From a bacterium (GTDB lineage Bacteria; Desulfobacterota; Desulfocorpusculales; Desulfocorpusculum), in assembly GCA_037481695.1 (NCBI GenBank), contig JBBFLE010000006.1:129530-193529 (forward strand): DNA of 64,000 nt. The letters are read 5' to 3'. Within the stretch, counting starts at the first letter, position 1, and each line of letters begins with the position of its first letter. The notes below the pieces were generated by a model, which saw nothing but the letters and a program-made list of their open reading frames with translations, was not told the DNA's origin and did not search any database. A program made the translations under genes and the position numbers. Shown in pieces: positions 39,884 to 48,471 of the stretch.

Positions 39884-40537
39884 ATGATGGAAGTGGAAAC
39901 TGAGGGAAGAACCTTGGAAGAGGCTCTGCTCAGGGCCTCGCAGGAGCTGGGTGTGCCCTTGAGCCGTGTCAGGCATGAGGTCTTGGAGCGCAGGGGTCGG
40001 CTCTTGGGGATATGGGGTAGTCGAAAAGTAAAAATAAGGGCCTGGATCCAGCCGGAGGAATCCGTGGTGGTGGGATCCTTCCTGGAAGGGCTATTCATGA
40101 GAGCCGGGCTGGAGTGCAGGGTGGTTCAGGTCAGGGTTGAGGGTGATGTGTTGGTCTTGGAACTGGAGGGTAATGATTCGGAACTGCTTCTCAAGAGGGA
40201 GGCGGAATTTCTGGAGGCGCTTGGATTCCTGAGCCAGAGGATCCTAAACAAGAAGACAGGGAAGCATCAGAGGGTCTTGCTGGATGTCAGAGGCTTTAGA
40301 GCCCGAAGGGAGCAAGAGCTGAGAGAGAAGGCTCTGCGGGCTGCCAGAGAGGCCATGAGGAGGGGCTCGGCTGCCATTGGTCCCCTGGGCCCCCTTGACA
40401 GGCGTATAGTGCACCTGTGCCTCAAGGAGAGTCCAGGAGTGTCCACAAGAACCATCGGGCAGGGCCCCAGAAAAAAGATCCTCATAACCAAGCAGTCTTC
40501 AGGCATTGGCGCAGGGGATGAAGGCCGGGCTCCATGA
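39884..40537 (+). CDS. jag: Jag/KhpB RNA-binding protein (Jag_N + KH + R3H)
   Basis: N-terminal MMEVETEGRTLEEAL (Jag_N), C-terminal R3H (IGPLGPLDRRIVH); ORF extends upstream to GTG 39827. Confidence 0.75.
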   Translation: MMEVETEGRTLEEALLRASQELGVPLSRVRHEVLERRGRLLGIWGSRKVKIRAWIQPEESVVVGSFLEGLFMRAGLECRVVQVRVEGDVLVLELEGNDSELLLKREAEFLEALGFLSQRILNKKTGKHQRVLLDVRGFRARREQELREKALRAAREAMRRGSAAIGPLGPLDRRIVHLCLKESPGVSTRTIGQGPRKKILITKQSSGIGAGDEGRAP

Positions 40538-41919
40538 GGATGACTTCTCTTGAGGATACCATAGCTGCCATTGCCACTGCTCCGGGTAGGGGGGCCATAG
40601 GAATAGTACGCGTCAGCGGTTCGCTTTCGGAACAGATCGCAATGAAGCTGTTTAGGCCTGCCAAGGGTGATGGCAGCCTGGCTTCCCATAGGTTCTATTT
40701 TGGCCGCATCGTGGATCCCCAAGACGGCCGGTTCATAGACGAGGCCATGGTGGTCCTGATGCGCGCTCCTAGAACCTACACCAGAGAGGATTGCCTTGAA
40801 ATTCAGGTGCATGGGGGCAACCTGGTGCTTCAGGAGGTTCTCAACGCGGTCTTACGCATGGGGGCAAGGCAGGCGGAGCCCGGGGAATTTACCCTTAGGG
40901 CCTTTCTAAACGGCCGCATAGACCTTCCCAGGGCAGAGGCGGTACTGGATCTGGTGGAGGCCAGAAGTACCACGGCCTTGCGCGTGGCCAGAGGGCAACT
41001 CCAGGGGGAGCTTTCTCACAGCATTGTGCAATGGCAGTCCATTATTCAGGAGGCCTTGAGTCTTGCCGAGGCCGCCATAGAGTTTCCAGAGGAGGAGATT
41101 CCTGAAGCAAGCCCCCAGCAGGTTCTAAATCTCATCAAGCCTTGTGCGGCGGAGCTAAGAAAGACATTGGGATTTTATCCCAAGGGACGCCTGTACAGGG
41201 AAGGGGCTGTGGTTTTGATCCTGGGTCCAGTCAATGCAGGCAAATCCAGCCTCCTGAACAAGCTGGTGGGCTTTGAGCGGGCCATAGTGACCGAGATCCC
41301 CGGGACCACAAGGGATCTGGTGGAAGAATCCCTGGAATGGAAGGGCCTTCCCATGAGACTCGTGGACACGGCTGGGATCCGGCCTGCCCAGGATCCGGTG
41401 GAGCACTTGGGTCAGAAGCTGCTCCAGGCAAGATTGGAGACAGCGGACCTTCTGCTGTGGGTCTTGGATGCCAGCTCAAGCGTGGTTCCTGACCTTGGGC
41501 ATATATTTGACTGGGCAGGGAAGAAGACTTCTTTGGTGGTCTGGAACAAGGTGGACCTCAAAGAGGGGTTGAGCCCTGAGGATCTGCCCGCTGCTTTGAA
41601 AGAAGTCCCTTTGGTGCGAACCTCGGCTTTGCTGGGATGGGGATTGCAGGATCTGCTGGAGGTGATTCACACAAAGCTGGTGGGCCTGGATGAGCTTCCT
41701 GAGAAGCTCATAGCAAGTTCCAGGCATTATGGGCTCCTTGAAAGATGCGTTAGGCACCTGGAGCAGGCATGCACACTGCTTGAGGCTGGCAGCGAATGGC
41801 TGGAGCTGGTGGCCGAAGAGTTGAAAAGCGCCCTTGGGGCCATAGATCAATTGCTGGGAAGGGAAACAGACCAAGATGTCCTTTCGGAGATCTTTTCAAG
41901 ATTCTGCATAGGCAAGTGA
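40534..41919 (+). CDS. mnmE: tRNA modification GTPase MnmE
   Basis: 461 aa; G-domain GPVNAGKSS, DTAG, NKVD and the C-terminal CIGK motif. Confidence 0.9.
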   Translation: MRMTSLEDTIAAIATAPGRGAIGIVRVSGSLSEQIAMKLFRPAKGDGSLASHRFYFGRIVDPQDGRFIDEAMVVLMRAPRTYTREDCLEIQVHGGNLVLQEVLNAVLRMGARQAEPGEFTLRAFLNGRIDLPRAEAVLDLVEARSTTALRVARGQLQGELSHSIVQWQSIIQEALSLAEAAIEFPEEEIPEASPQQVLNLIKPCAAELRKTLGFYPKGRLYREGAVVLILGPVNAGKSSLLNKLVGFERAIVTEIPGTTRDLVEESLEWKGLPMRLVDTAGIRPAQDPVEHLGQKLLQARLETADLLLWVLDASSSVVPDLGHIFDWAGKKTSLVVWNKVDLKEGLSPEDLPAALKEVPLVRTSALLGWGLQDLLEVIHTKLVGLDELPEKLIASSRHYGLLERCVRHLEQACTLLEAGSEWLELVAEELKSALGAIDQLLGRETDQDVLSEIFSRFCIGK

Positions 41920-41940
41920 AATCTCCATTAGGGCTGGGCA

Positions 41941-42606
41941 ATGGATCGCCATTATGGGGTGGGTGCAGGTGAGGATTGGGAGAGGTTCTTGGCAGAGGCC
42001 AAGGCCCTGGGGGTGCAGCTCCCAGAAGGCTGTGTTTCTCTGTTTGCCAGTTATTTGGTTGAGCTGCAAGAGTGGAACCGTTCGGTGAGGTTGGTCTCTA
42101 GGGCTGATGCGGAAACAGTGCTCTGGAGGCATTTCCTGGATTCCCTGGCTCTGGTGCCTTTTATGGAGGGAGAAGGGCCTCTTCTGGATGTGGGCAGTGG
42201 AGCCGGTTTCCCTGGAATTCCAGTAAAGCTGGCCAAGCCCTTTTTGAGATTGCACCTGGTGGAGTCCCGACGCCGCAAAGCCAACTTTCTCAGGCACCTG
42301 ATAAGGGTTCTTGGGCTAAAGGATGTGTGTGTGTACCAGGGGAGAGCGGGCAAGGAGGGTCTGGAATTGGGACGCTATCCCTTGGTTGTTGCCAGAGCTG
42401 TTGCCAGCCCCCTGAGCTGGCTCAAGATGGCCGAGAACCTCGTTGAGAAAAATGGAAGGGTTTTTCTCATGCTGGCCCAAGGGCAGGCCACAAAACAGTT
42501 GGATGTTTCCCTGGTTCAATGGGGCTGGCAAAGGCTGGAAAGAGTAGATTACAAGCTCCCCAATGTGAAATCCCGGCGCAGCATCCTGGTGCTGAAGAGG
42601 GCATGA
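41941..42606 (+). CDS. rsmG: 16S rRNA (guanine527-N7)-methyltransferase RsmG
   Basis: 221 aa; SAM motif LLDVGSGAGFPG; no mnmG between mnmE and rsmG. Confidence 0.85.
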   Translation: MDRHYGVGAGEDWERFLAEAKALGVQLPEGCVSLFASYLVELQEWNRSVRLVSRADAETVLWRHFLDSLALVPFMEGEGPLLDVGSGAGFPGIPVKLAKPFLRLHLVESRRRKANFLRHLIRVLGLKDVCVYQGRAGKEGLELGRYPLVVARAVASPLSWLKMAENLVEKNGRVFLMLAQGQATKQLDVSLVQWGWQRLERVDYKLPNVKSRRSILVLKRA

Positions 42607-42622
42607 GGTTTCACGTGAAACA
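42607..42622. other. parS centromere-like site (GGTTTCACGTGAAACA; 15/16 match to the consensus TGTTTCACGTGAAACA)
   Basis: Read directly; immediately follows the rsmG stop and precedes parAB. Confidence 0.8.
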
Positions 42623-43042
42623 TCCCCTTTTCAAGATGTATGCTCTTGTGGTATCAGTAAGTCCCGTTCTTGTTTGAGTTACCCGTGGGCGGCAAGAGCA
42701 AGAGCATCAAGAGGGCTCAACCCGGCCCCAAAGGGCCATGCACGGGACTACATCTTAGCACACGAACTCCTTAGAAACATTTGGAAACCGGGCATCTTTG
42801 ATGCAGGTCTTGAGCTAAGAGAGGCCATCAGGCCAGTACATGGGCCTTAGGTTTCAGGGGTGTTTTGAGTCATCCGGATAATCTTCCGGGGGTAGGGGAT
42901 GACCACAGCCCCTTCGGGGAAAAATTAAGAGATTTGGCTCCACCGTGTTGGTAGAGCCCAGTTTGAGAGTTTTTTTAGGATAAAGGGGTCTGAAGATGAG
43001 GGGATATGGGGCAGCCCTCAATCCTTTACCCCCGATCAAGCA

Positions 43043-43846
43043 TTGGAAATAGATGGAAGCCGAGGTATTGGCTTGAAGATCATCTGTGTGGCAAACCAAA
43101 AGGGCGGGGTGGGTAAGACCACCACAGCCGTTAATCTGGCTGCTTCTTTGGCTGCGGCTGAAAAGCCCACATTGCTTATAGACTGTGATCCTCAGGCCAA
43201 CGCCACCTCTGGCCTAGGTGTGGATCAGAGGAGCTTCCAGGCTCATCTCTATCATGTGCTACTGGGCAGATGTGGGCTCAGGGAGGTTTTTTTGCCCACC
43301 GATTTAGCTCAGCTCACCTTGGTGCCTGCAGCACAGGATCTCATAGGCCTGGAGGTGGAAATGATCCAACACCCCAAGAGGGAAAGACTGCTGGCTTCGG
43401 CCTTGGCCGGGCTTCCAGGGGGGCTTTTCAGTTACGTGCTCATCGATTGCCCACCTTCACTGGGTCTGCTCACAGTAAATGCCCTCACCGCCTCCCAGAC
43501 GGTCCTGATCCCGCTTCAGTGCGAGTATTACGCCTTGGAGGGCCTCTCCCATCTGATCCACACCATTCGGCTGGTCAAAAGCAGGCTGAACCCAGGCTTG
43601 AACATCGAGGGAATCCTGCTGACCATGTATGATGGAAGGAAGAACCTATCCAGGCAGGTCGAGGCAGAGGTCAGGAGCCATTTCGGTTCCAAGGTGTTTC
43701 AGACCGTGATTCCCCGCAACGTAAGACTGGCCGAGGCCCCTAGCCATGGCAAGCCAGTGCTGCTATATGACATCTCCTGCGCCGGATCCCGGGCTTACCT
43801 GGACCTGGCATCTGAACTCATTCAGAACCACGGAGAAGGGAAATGA
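43043..43846 (+). CDS. parA: Chromosome partitioning ATPase ParA/Soj
   Basis: Deviant Walker A KGGVGKTT; 267 aa. Confidence 0.9.
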   Translation: MEIDGSRGIGLKIICVANQKGGVGKTTTAVNLAASLAAAEKPTLLIDCDPQANATSGLGVDQRSFQAHLYHVLLGRCGLREVFLPTDLAQLTLVPAAQDLIGLEVEMIQHPKRERLLASALAGLPGGLFSYVLIDCPPSLGLLTVNALTASQTVLIPLQCEYYALEGLSHLIHTIRLVKSRLNPGLNIEGILLTMYDGRKNLSRQVEAEVRSHFGSKVFQTVIPRNVRLAEAPSHGKPVLLYDISCAGSRAYLDLASELIQNHGEGK

Positions 43847-44697
43847 AGCATAGAAAAGCCCTTGGGCGAGGCCTGGACGCCCTAATTCCTCTGGAAGATA
43901 AGCCCGAGGGCATTGTCTTCCTATGCCCGGTGGATTCCATAAAACCCCATCCAGAGCAGCCCAGGCAACGCTTTGACTCCCAGAGGCTTGAGGAGCTGGT
44001 GCAGACCATCAAGGAAAAAGGTGTACTCTCACCAGTGTTGGTGAGATCCCATGGGGATGGCTACCAGCTAGTATCCGGTGAGAGGAGATGGCGTGCTGCA
44101 AAGATGGCAGGGCTAAGAGAGATTCCTGCCATATTGAGGGAAGTCTCGGACCGTGAAGCCCTGGAGATATCCCTCATAGAGAACATCCAAAGGGAGGATC
44201 TTAGCCCTCTGGAAGAAGCCAAGGCCTTTCAGGCTCTCATGGAGCTTCACGGCACTACCCAGGAAGAACTTGCCAAGAGACTGGGGAAGGACCGCTCCAC
44301 CCTGGCCAACTCCTTGAGACTTCTGAAGCTACCCAAAGCTGCCCAGGAGGCCCTTGACAAAGGAGAAATCACCGCAGGGCATGCCCGTTGCATCTTGTCT
44401 GTCAAAGGGGACCAACAGATGATGCTTCTCAGGGCTATTCTGAAAAAGGGCCTTTCTGTGCGGGCATCTGAGCAGTTGGCTAGGACTCTGAACAAGAGAT
44501 CCCAAAGCTCTCCCTCCAAGGCCAAGGAGCTGCCCCCTGAGCTGCTGTGGGTTCGTGACAAGCTGCGCTCAGCCCTATCTACTCAGGTCAGAATCCGCCA
44601 CGGCCGAACAAAGGGCTCAATCATAATCGAATACTACGGAGACAAGGATCTGGAGCGAATCCTGAGGCTTCTGGGCTTGTCCTCCAAAGAATACTGA
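43843..44697 (+). CDS. parB: Chromosome partitioning protein ParB/Spo0J
   Basis: ParB box GERRWRAA, HTH, C-terminal dimerisation domain; 4-bp overlap with parA. Confidence 0.9.
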   Translation: MKHRKALGRGLDALIPLEDKPEGIVFLCPVDSIKPHPEQPRQRFDSQRLEELVQTIKEKGVLSPVLVRSHGDGYQLVSGERRWRAAKMAGLREIPAILREVSDREALEISLIENIQREDLSPLEEAKAFQALMELHGTTQEELAKRLGKDRSTLANSLRLLKLPKAAQEALDKGEITAGHARCILSVKGDQQMMLLRAILKKGLSVRASEQLARTLNKRSQSSPSKAKELPPELLWVRDKLRSALSTQVRIRHGRTKGSIIIEYYGDKDLERILRLLGLSSKEY

Positions 44698-44724
44698 CAG
44701 CGATTCCCTTTGCCCTGAGCCCTG

Positions 44725-45648
44725 CTACTTTTTGAGGCGGGAGTCCTTTGGTGGCTTCTGCTCTCGGATTCTTCTGATCAGATCCCCCACCTCGGCTCCG
44801 AGCTCCCTGGCCCGCTCAGCATGCCACAAGGCCTCCGCAAGCCTCTCCCTCATCAGCAAGGCCAGGGCCAAAGCACGATGAAGCTCCCCTGACTGGGGCT
44901 GGATGCGAACCGCTTCCTGAAACTCCAGCAAGGTGAGATCCAACAGACCCTGGGCCGCATAGGCCAGTCCCAGATTGAAATGTGCTTCCCAAAGTTCCTT
45001 GTCCAGGGCTATGGCAGCCTTGAATTCGTCTATGGCCTCATCCAACAATTCCGTGGCCTCCATGGCTTGAGCTTCGGTGGGGTTTCCTCGAGCTTGCTCC
45101 AACACTAGCAATGCCTGTCTTCTGAGAGCCTCCCCCAGATTCACGTGAGCCGCGGCAAGCTCTGGATCCAGGGAAACCGCCTTCCTGTATGCTTCCAGTT
45201 CTCCCTGGGTATCTCCCAGTTCCCCTAGCAAGAATCCCCTTTCCAGGTAATGAGAAGATGACTCTTCCCCAGGATCGTAGCGGTATGCCTGGGCCGGATC
45301 CAAGACCTTGAAAATGAACCAGTTTCCCTGGTCTCCCACCGGAGGGCTTGACTCCCCTGGCTTCAAAGCAATCAGAGCCTTCTTGATCGGATGGGAGAGC
45401 CTCTCGGGAACCACTGTCCCCATATACCCCTTGGCCTGTTTGAACCCCTCGGGGGCCCATTGATCCGCGAAAAGATCAAATTCCTTCCCGGCTTTGATCT
45501 CTGAGTAAACCCTCTCAGCCTCTATTTTGCTTTGGAAACGAAGCAGTTGAAGGTGGACAACCCCTGTGCCCCAGCAGTTCCAGCTCATGCCATAAGCCAA
45601 GAAAAACCACATCCAAAGAAGCCATTTTTTCCAACTCCTGCCTGTCAT
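44725..45648 (-). CDS. Exported parvulin-like (PpiC-type) domain + TPR-repeat protein
   Basis: Signal peptide, rotamase-like N-domain (...GWFIFKVLD), 3-4 TPR repeats. Confidence 0.45.
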   Translation of the reverse strand: MTGRSWKKWLLWMWFFLAYGMSWNCWGTGVVHLQLLRFQSKIEAERVYSEIKAGKEFDLFADQWAPEGFKQAKGYMGTVVPERLSHPIKKALIALKPGESSPPVGDQGNWFIFKVLDPAQAYRYDPGEESSSHYLERGFLLGELGDTQGELEAYRKAVSLDPELAAAHVNLGEALRRQALLVLEQARGNPTEAQAMEATELLDEAIDEFKAAIALDKELWEAHFNLGLAYAAQGLLDLTLLEFQEAVRIQPQSGELHRALALALLMRERLAEALWHAERARELGAEVGDLIRRIREQKPPKDSRLKK

Positions 45649-45859
45649 ATTCCCTTTCTCCTGAGCCGTATTATCCAGGATTAGCCAAAAGTGGGGCTAG
45701 CTTCATGACATCCCGGGATCAATTGATTTCTGCTTTAATGCAGCCTGTTTTCCCTAAGGGGTCCCTGCTCCCTGCTCAGGGCCTCAAAATGCCCAGACAT
45801 ACCAGTGGCTCGAGGCAATGGGCTCCAATCTCACCAAGTTCCATGGCTTGGCTTAAGCC

Positions 45860-46507
45860 TCATGGTTTCAGGAACTCCCCCAGATAAGCCATTTTGCCTC
45901 TTGGGAAGATCCCTTTTTTTTGTCTTCGCCTGAGCTCCCATGCGGCCATCCAATCATAAAGGGATGGAGGCCAAAGCCCGGCCTTGATCAAGCTGAGCCC
46001 CCACCAAGAGGTTTTCCTTATGGGATACCAAGCCAGCACTTGGAAACCGCCCCCCATGAGCACCTCGAGGATGCCCTGCACAGATCTCTTGCGGCGCAAG
46101 GCCGCGTTGTCGGTCTCGATCAACAAGAGCCTTCCTTGCTTCCTAAGACAGCGCCACCATTCCTTTACTGCCTCCTCCAAGGGCCCTCTGTCCATCAGGC
46201 TTCGAATCACACCCACAGCCAGAATCAGGTCCGCGGATTCCTCTTTGACCGGCAAAACACCTCCACCATAGAGTACCAATAGAACCCTCTGCCCATCGGT
46301 GCCCAAGCGGGCCCAATGAAGAGACTCTTTGTGCACCTCTAATCCAATTACCTTGAATCCCCTTCGGGCAAGCCTTCTTAGAAACCAACCATTGCCGCAA
46401 CCATAATCCAGCACGAGCCCCCCTGAGACATCCCCCCAACGTCCCCAAATGGCTCTCTCTTCAAGTAATCTACGATACCTCTGGCGTCTGAGGCGGGCTT
46501 CTCCCAT
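45860..46507 (-). CDS. Class I SAM-dependent methyltransferase
   Basis: Motif I LVLDYGCGNGW; start taken at MGEARL to avoid overlapping the divergent regulator (the ORF extends to 46585). Confidence 0.7.
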   Translation of the reverse strand: MGEARLRRQRYRRLLEERAIWGRWGDVSGGLVLDYGCGNGWFLRRLARRGFKVIGLEVHKESLHWARLGTDGQRVLLVLYGGGVLPVKEESADLILAVGVIRSLMDRGPLEEAVKEWWRCLRKQGRLLLIETDNAALRRKRSVQGILEVLMGGGFQVLAWYPIRKTSWWGLSLIKAGLWPPSLYDWMAAWELRRRQKKGIFPRGKMAYLGEFLKP

Positions 46508-46578
46508 GGGTCTCCCCTCTTCTGGACTGAGCCTGGTTCCAAGTGTATCATGGGCCAAGCTTCTCAGGGGAGCCCGGG

Positions 46579-46860
46579 ATGACATTACGGCGGCGCATGA
46601 TGGAACTTCTGCAATGCGGCTGGTTCACTTTGCACGAAATGAGCCGGGAGTTGGGTATAAATGAAAAGGAAGTCTTGGAACACCTGCAACATGTGGCCCG
46701 CTCTGTGCGGCCAGGCAATTCCCTGAGAATAGAGCATTGCAGATGTCTTGGCTGCGGTTTTACCTTCACAAAGCGTAATCGCCTTTCGGCCCCCAGCAGA
46801 TGTCCCATGTGCAGGTCAGAGCGTCTGGTGCCTCCCAGGTTCACCCTTATGTCCAGTTGA
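46579..46860 (+). CDS. Small transcriptional regulator, HTH + C-terminal Zn-ribbon (CxxC...CxxC)
   Basis: MTLRRRMMELLQCGWFTLHEMSRELGI (wHTH) and CRCLGCGF...CPMCRS zinc ribbon. Confidence 0.5.
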   Translation: MTLRRRMMELLQCGWFTLHEMSRELGINEKEVLEHLQHVARSVRPGNSLRIEHCRCLGCGFTFTKRNRLSAPSRCPMCRSERLVPPRFTLMSS

Positions 46861-46925
46861 CAGGGGTGGAGTTAGCTCCATTGGGAAGTTACAATGAAAT
46901 CATAGAAAGTAAAAGGAGCACTCCA

Positions 46926-47090
46926 GTGGTGAACTGCCGAGAAGGTACAGGAGAGCAAGGGCAATGTGCCAAGAAAGGTGATTGCCTGCGCTGTCCAGGC
47001 TGGAGAGACCGATCCCAGTGTTGGATCTGGATTTGGCCTGTGAGTGAAGCCCCCAAGGCCTCTTTTGGAAAGAAGGAAAAAGAAGGTTAA
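46926..47090 (+). CDS. Candidate Cys/Trp-rich small ORF (54 aa, GTG start) with a strong SD; hypothetical
   Basis: AAGGAG 7 nt upstream of GTG; MVNCREGTGEQGQCAKKGDCLRCPGWRDRSQCWIWIWPVSEAPKASFGKKEKEG; intergenic, not overlapping other calls. Confidence 0.25.
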   Translation: MVNCREGTGEQGQCAKKGDCLRCPGWRDRSQCWIWIWPVSEAPKASFGKKEKEG

Positions 47091-47159
47091 AGGATCTTTA
47101 GGACCTGGAGCTGCCTGCGGCCCATGGGCCTTCCCAAGGCCAATAGGCCTGCCCAATGA

Positions 47160-48467
47160 TCACCTAGAAGATTGGATTGCATCTTGTTGACCGACCAACA
47201 CCTGCGTCCAGTTCTGCGGATCCAGGTGTTCCGAGGCCACTCTCATCAGATCTGCCTGATCCACTCGGTTCACCTGGGAGGCAAAATCACTGGGATAATC
47301 CAGACCTAGGCCGTAGAGCTCCCATAAGGCTAGGGAGCTGGCCAAGGAGGAAATGGAATCCATCCTCATGGGGAAGCTTCCCACCAGGAAGGCCTTGGCT
47401 TCTTCCAACTCCTTGGTGGAAACGGGCTTGCTGCGGATGAGCTCTGCCTGCTCCCAAGTCAGTTCTATTGCATTAAAAACATTTTTGTTTTCTGTCTGGA
47501 ATCCCACGCGGAACAATCCACCTCTCATGCGGGCATCCAGGCTGCTGGAAACTGCATAGGCCAGTCCTCTTCGGCTTCTTATCTCTTCCATGAGCCTGGA
47601 GGAGAACCCTCCTCCGCCAAGAACATGGTTCATGACCCACAATGCATAAACATCCGGATGGCCTCTATGAACGCAGGTCTGCCCCAAGATCACCGTGGCC
47701 TGGGGGATATCCTTGTGGATAAGAACCCTTGATGGTTTGGGCAGTGGGCGGGACGAGGGTGCCCTCTGCACACCCTCCATGGCTGACCAACCGGACATGA
47801 GTTGCGACAATTTTTTTTGAAAATCATCTGGTCTTATGTCCCCAGCTGCCACGAAAAGAACCCGTTTGCCTTGAATACTTCCCTTGTAATGTTCCCAGAC
47901 GTCATGGAGTCCAAAGTTGCTCACGGCCTCCTTGAAGCCCCTAGGGTCATGCCCGTACCCCGAGGGTCCCCAAAGGGCCTTGAGGAAAGCTCTGTGGGCC
48001 AGCCCCCCCGGGCGGTCCTCCTGAGAGGAGATCTCGCCCAAGAGCCTTTGTTTCCTTCTGAGAAATTCTTCTTCCAAAAAGGCCGGCTCCCTCAAAACCT
48101 CCACCAGCAGATCCAATGCCTGTGCCAAGTCCCTCCTGAGCACTGAAAAACCCAGCATGGTGTAGTCCCCGTCAGCCTCAACAAAAAACCTCCCTCCGGC
48201 TGCGTCCAGGAGCTCATGGATCTCTGCTGGGCTTCTTTTCTTGGTGCCTTCCACCAGGAGATGAGCCGTAAGATATGCTATTCCCTCTTTTCCTTCGGGG
48301 TCCTCCCAGGAGCCCGTTGGAACCATCAGCCTGAGGGCCACCATGGGAAGCTCCTGCTGCTGGCATACAATACCTACAAAACCTTGAGAGTCGAATCTTT
48401 CTGCCACTGGGCCTTTCAAAGAAAATACCTGGGAATTATCGGCTGAGCCCCAAGCTTTCCAAATCAT
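47160..48467 (-). CDS. M16-family peptidase, non-catalytic/beta-like subunit
   Basis: M16 N and C domains without an intact HxxEH; ATG at 48467 preceded by AGGAGGTGAGGTG; about 4-bp overlap with the upstream M16 gene. Confidence 0.8.
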   Translation of the reverse strand: MIWKAWGSADNSQVFSLKGPVAERFDSQGFVGIVCQQQELPMVALRLMVPTGSWEDPEGKEGIAYLTAHLLVEGTKKRSPAEIHELLDAAGGRFFVEADGDYTMLGFSVLRRDLAQALDLLVEVLREPAFLEEEFLRRKQRLLGEISSQEDRPGGLAHRAFLKALWGPSGYGHDPRGFKEAVSNFGLHDVWEHYKGSIQGKRVLFVAAGDIRPDDFQKKLSQLMSGWSAMEGVQRAPSSRPLPKPSRVLIHKDIPQATVILGQTCVHRGHPDVYALWVMNHVLGGGGFSSRLMEEIRSRRGLAYAVSSSLDARMRGGLFRVGFQTENKNVFNAIELTWEQAELIRSKPVSTKELEEAKAFLVGSFPMRMDSISSLASSLALWELYGLGLDYPSDFASQVNRVDQADLMRVASEHLDPQNWTQVLVGQQDAIQSSR

Positions 48468-48471
48468 CACC

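Noticed and set aside
42870-42990. GGATAA motifs as possible DnaA boxes / oriC between rsmG and parA
   Set aside because: Only 6/9 matches to TTATCCACA, no AT-rich unwinding element and no dnaA nearby; insufficient to call an origin
46872-47156. 94-aa TTG-initiated ORF on the minus strand, directly downstream of the M16 operon
   Set aside because: Gly/Pro-rich low-complexity translation with no RBS. Overlaps the better-supported plus-strand small ORF
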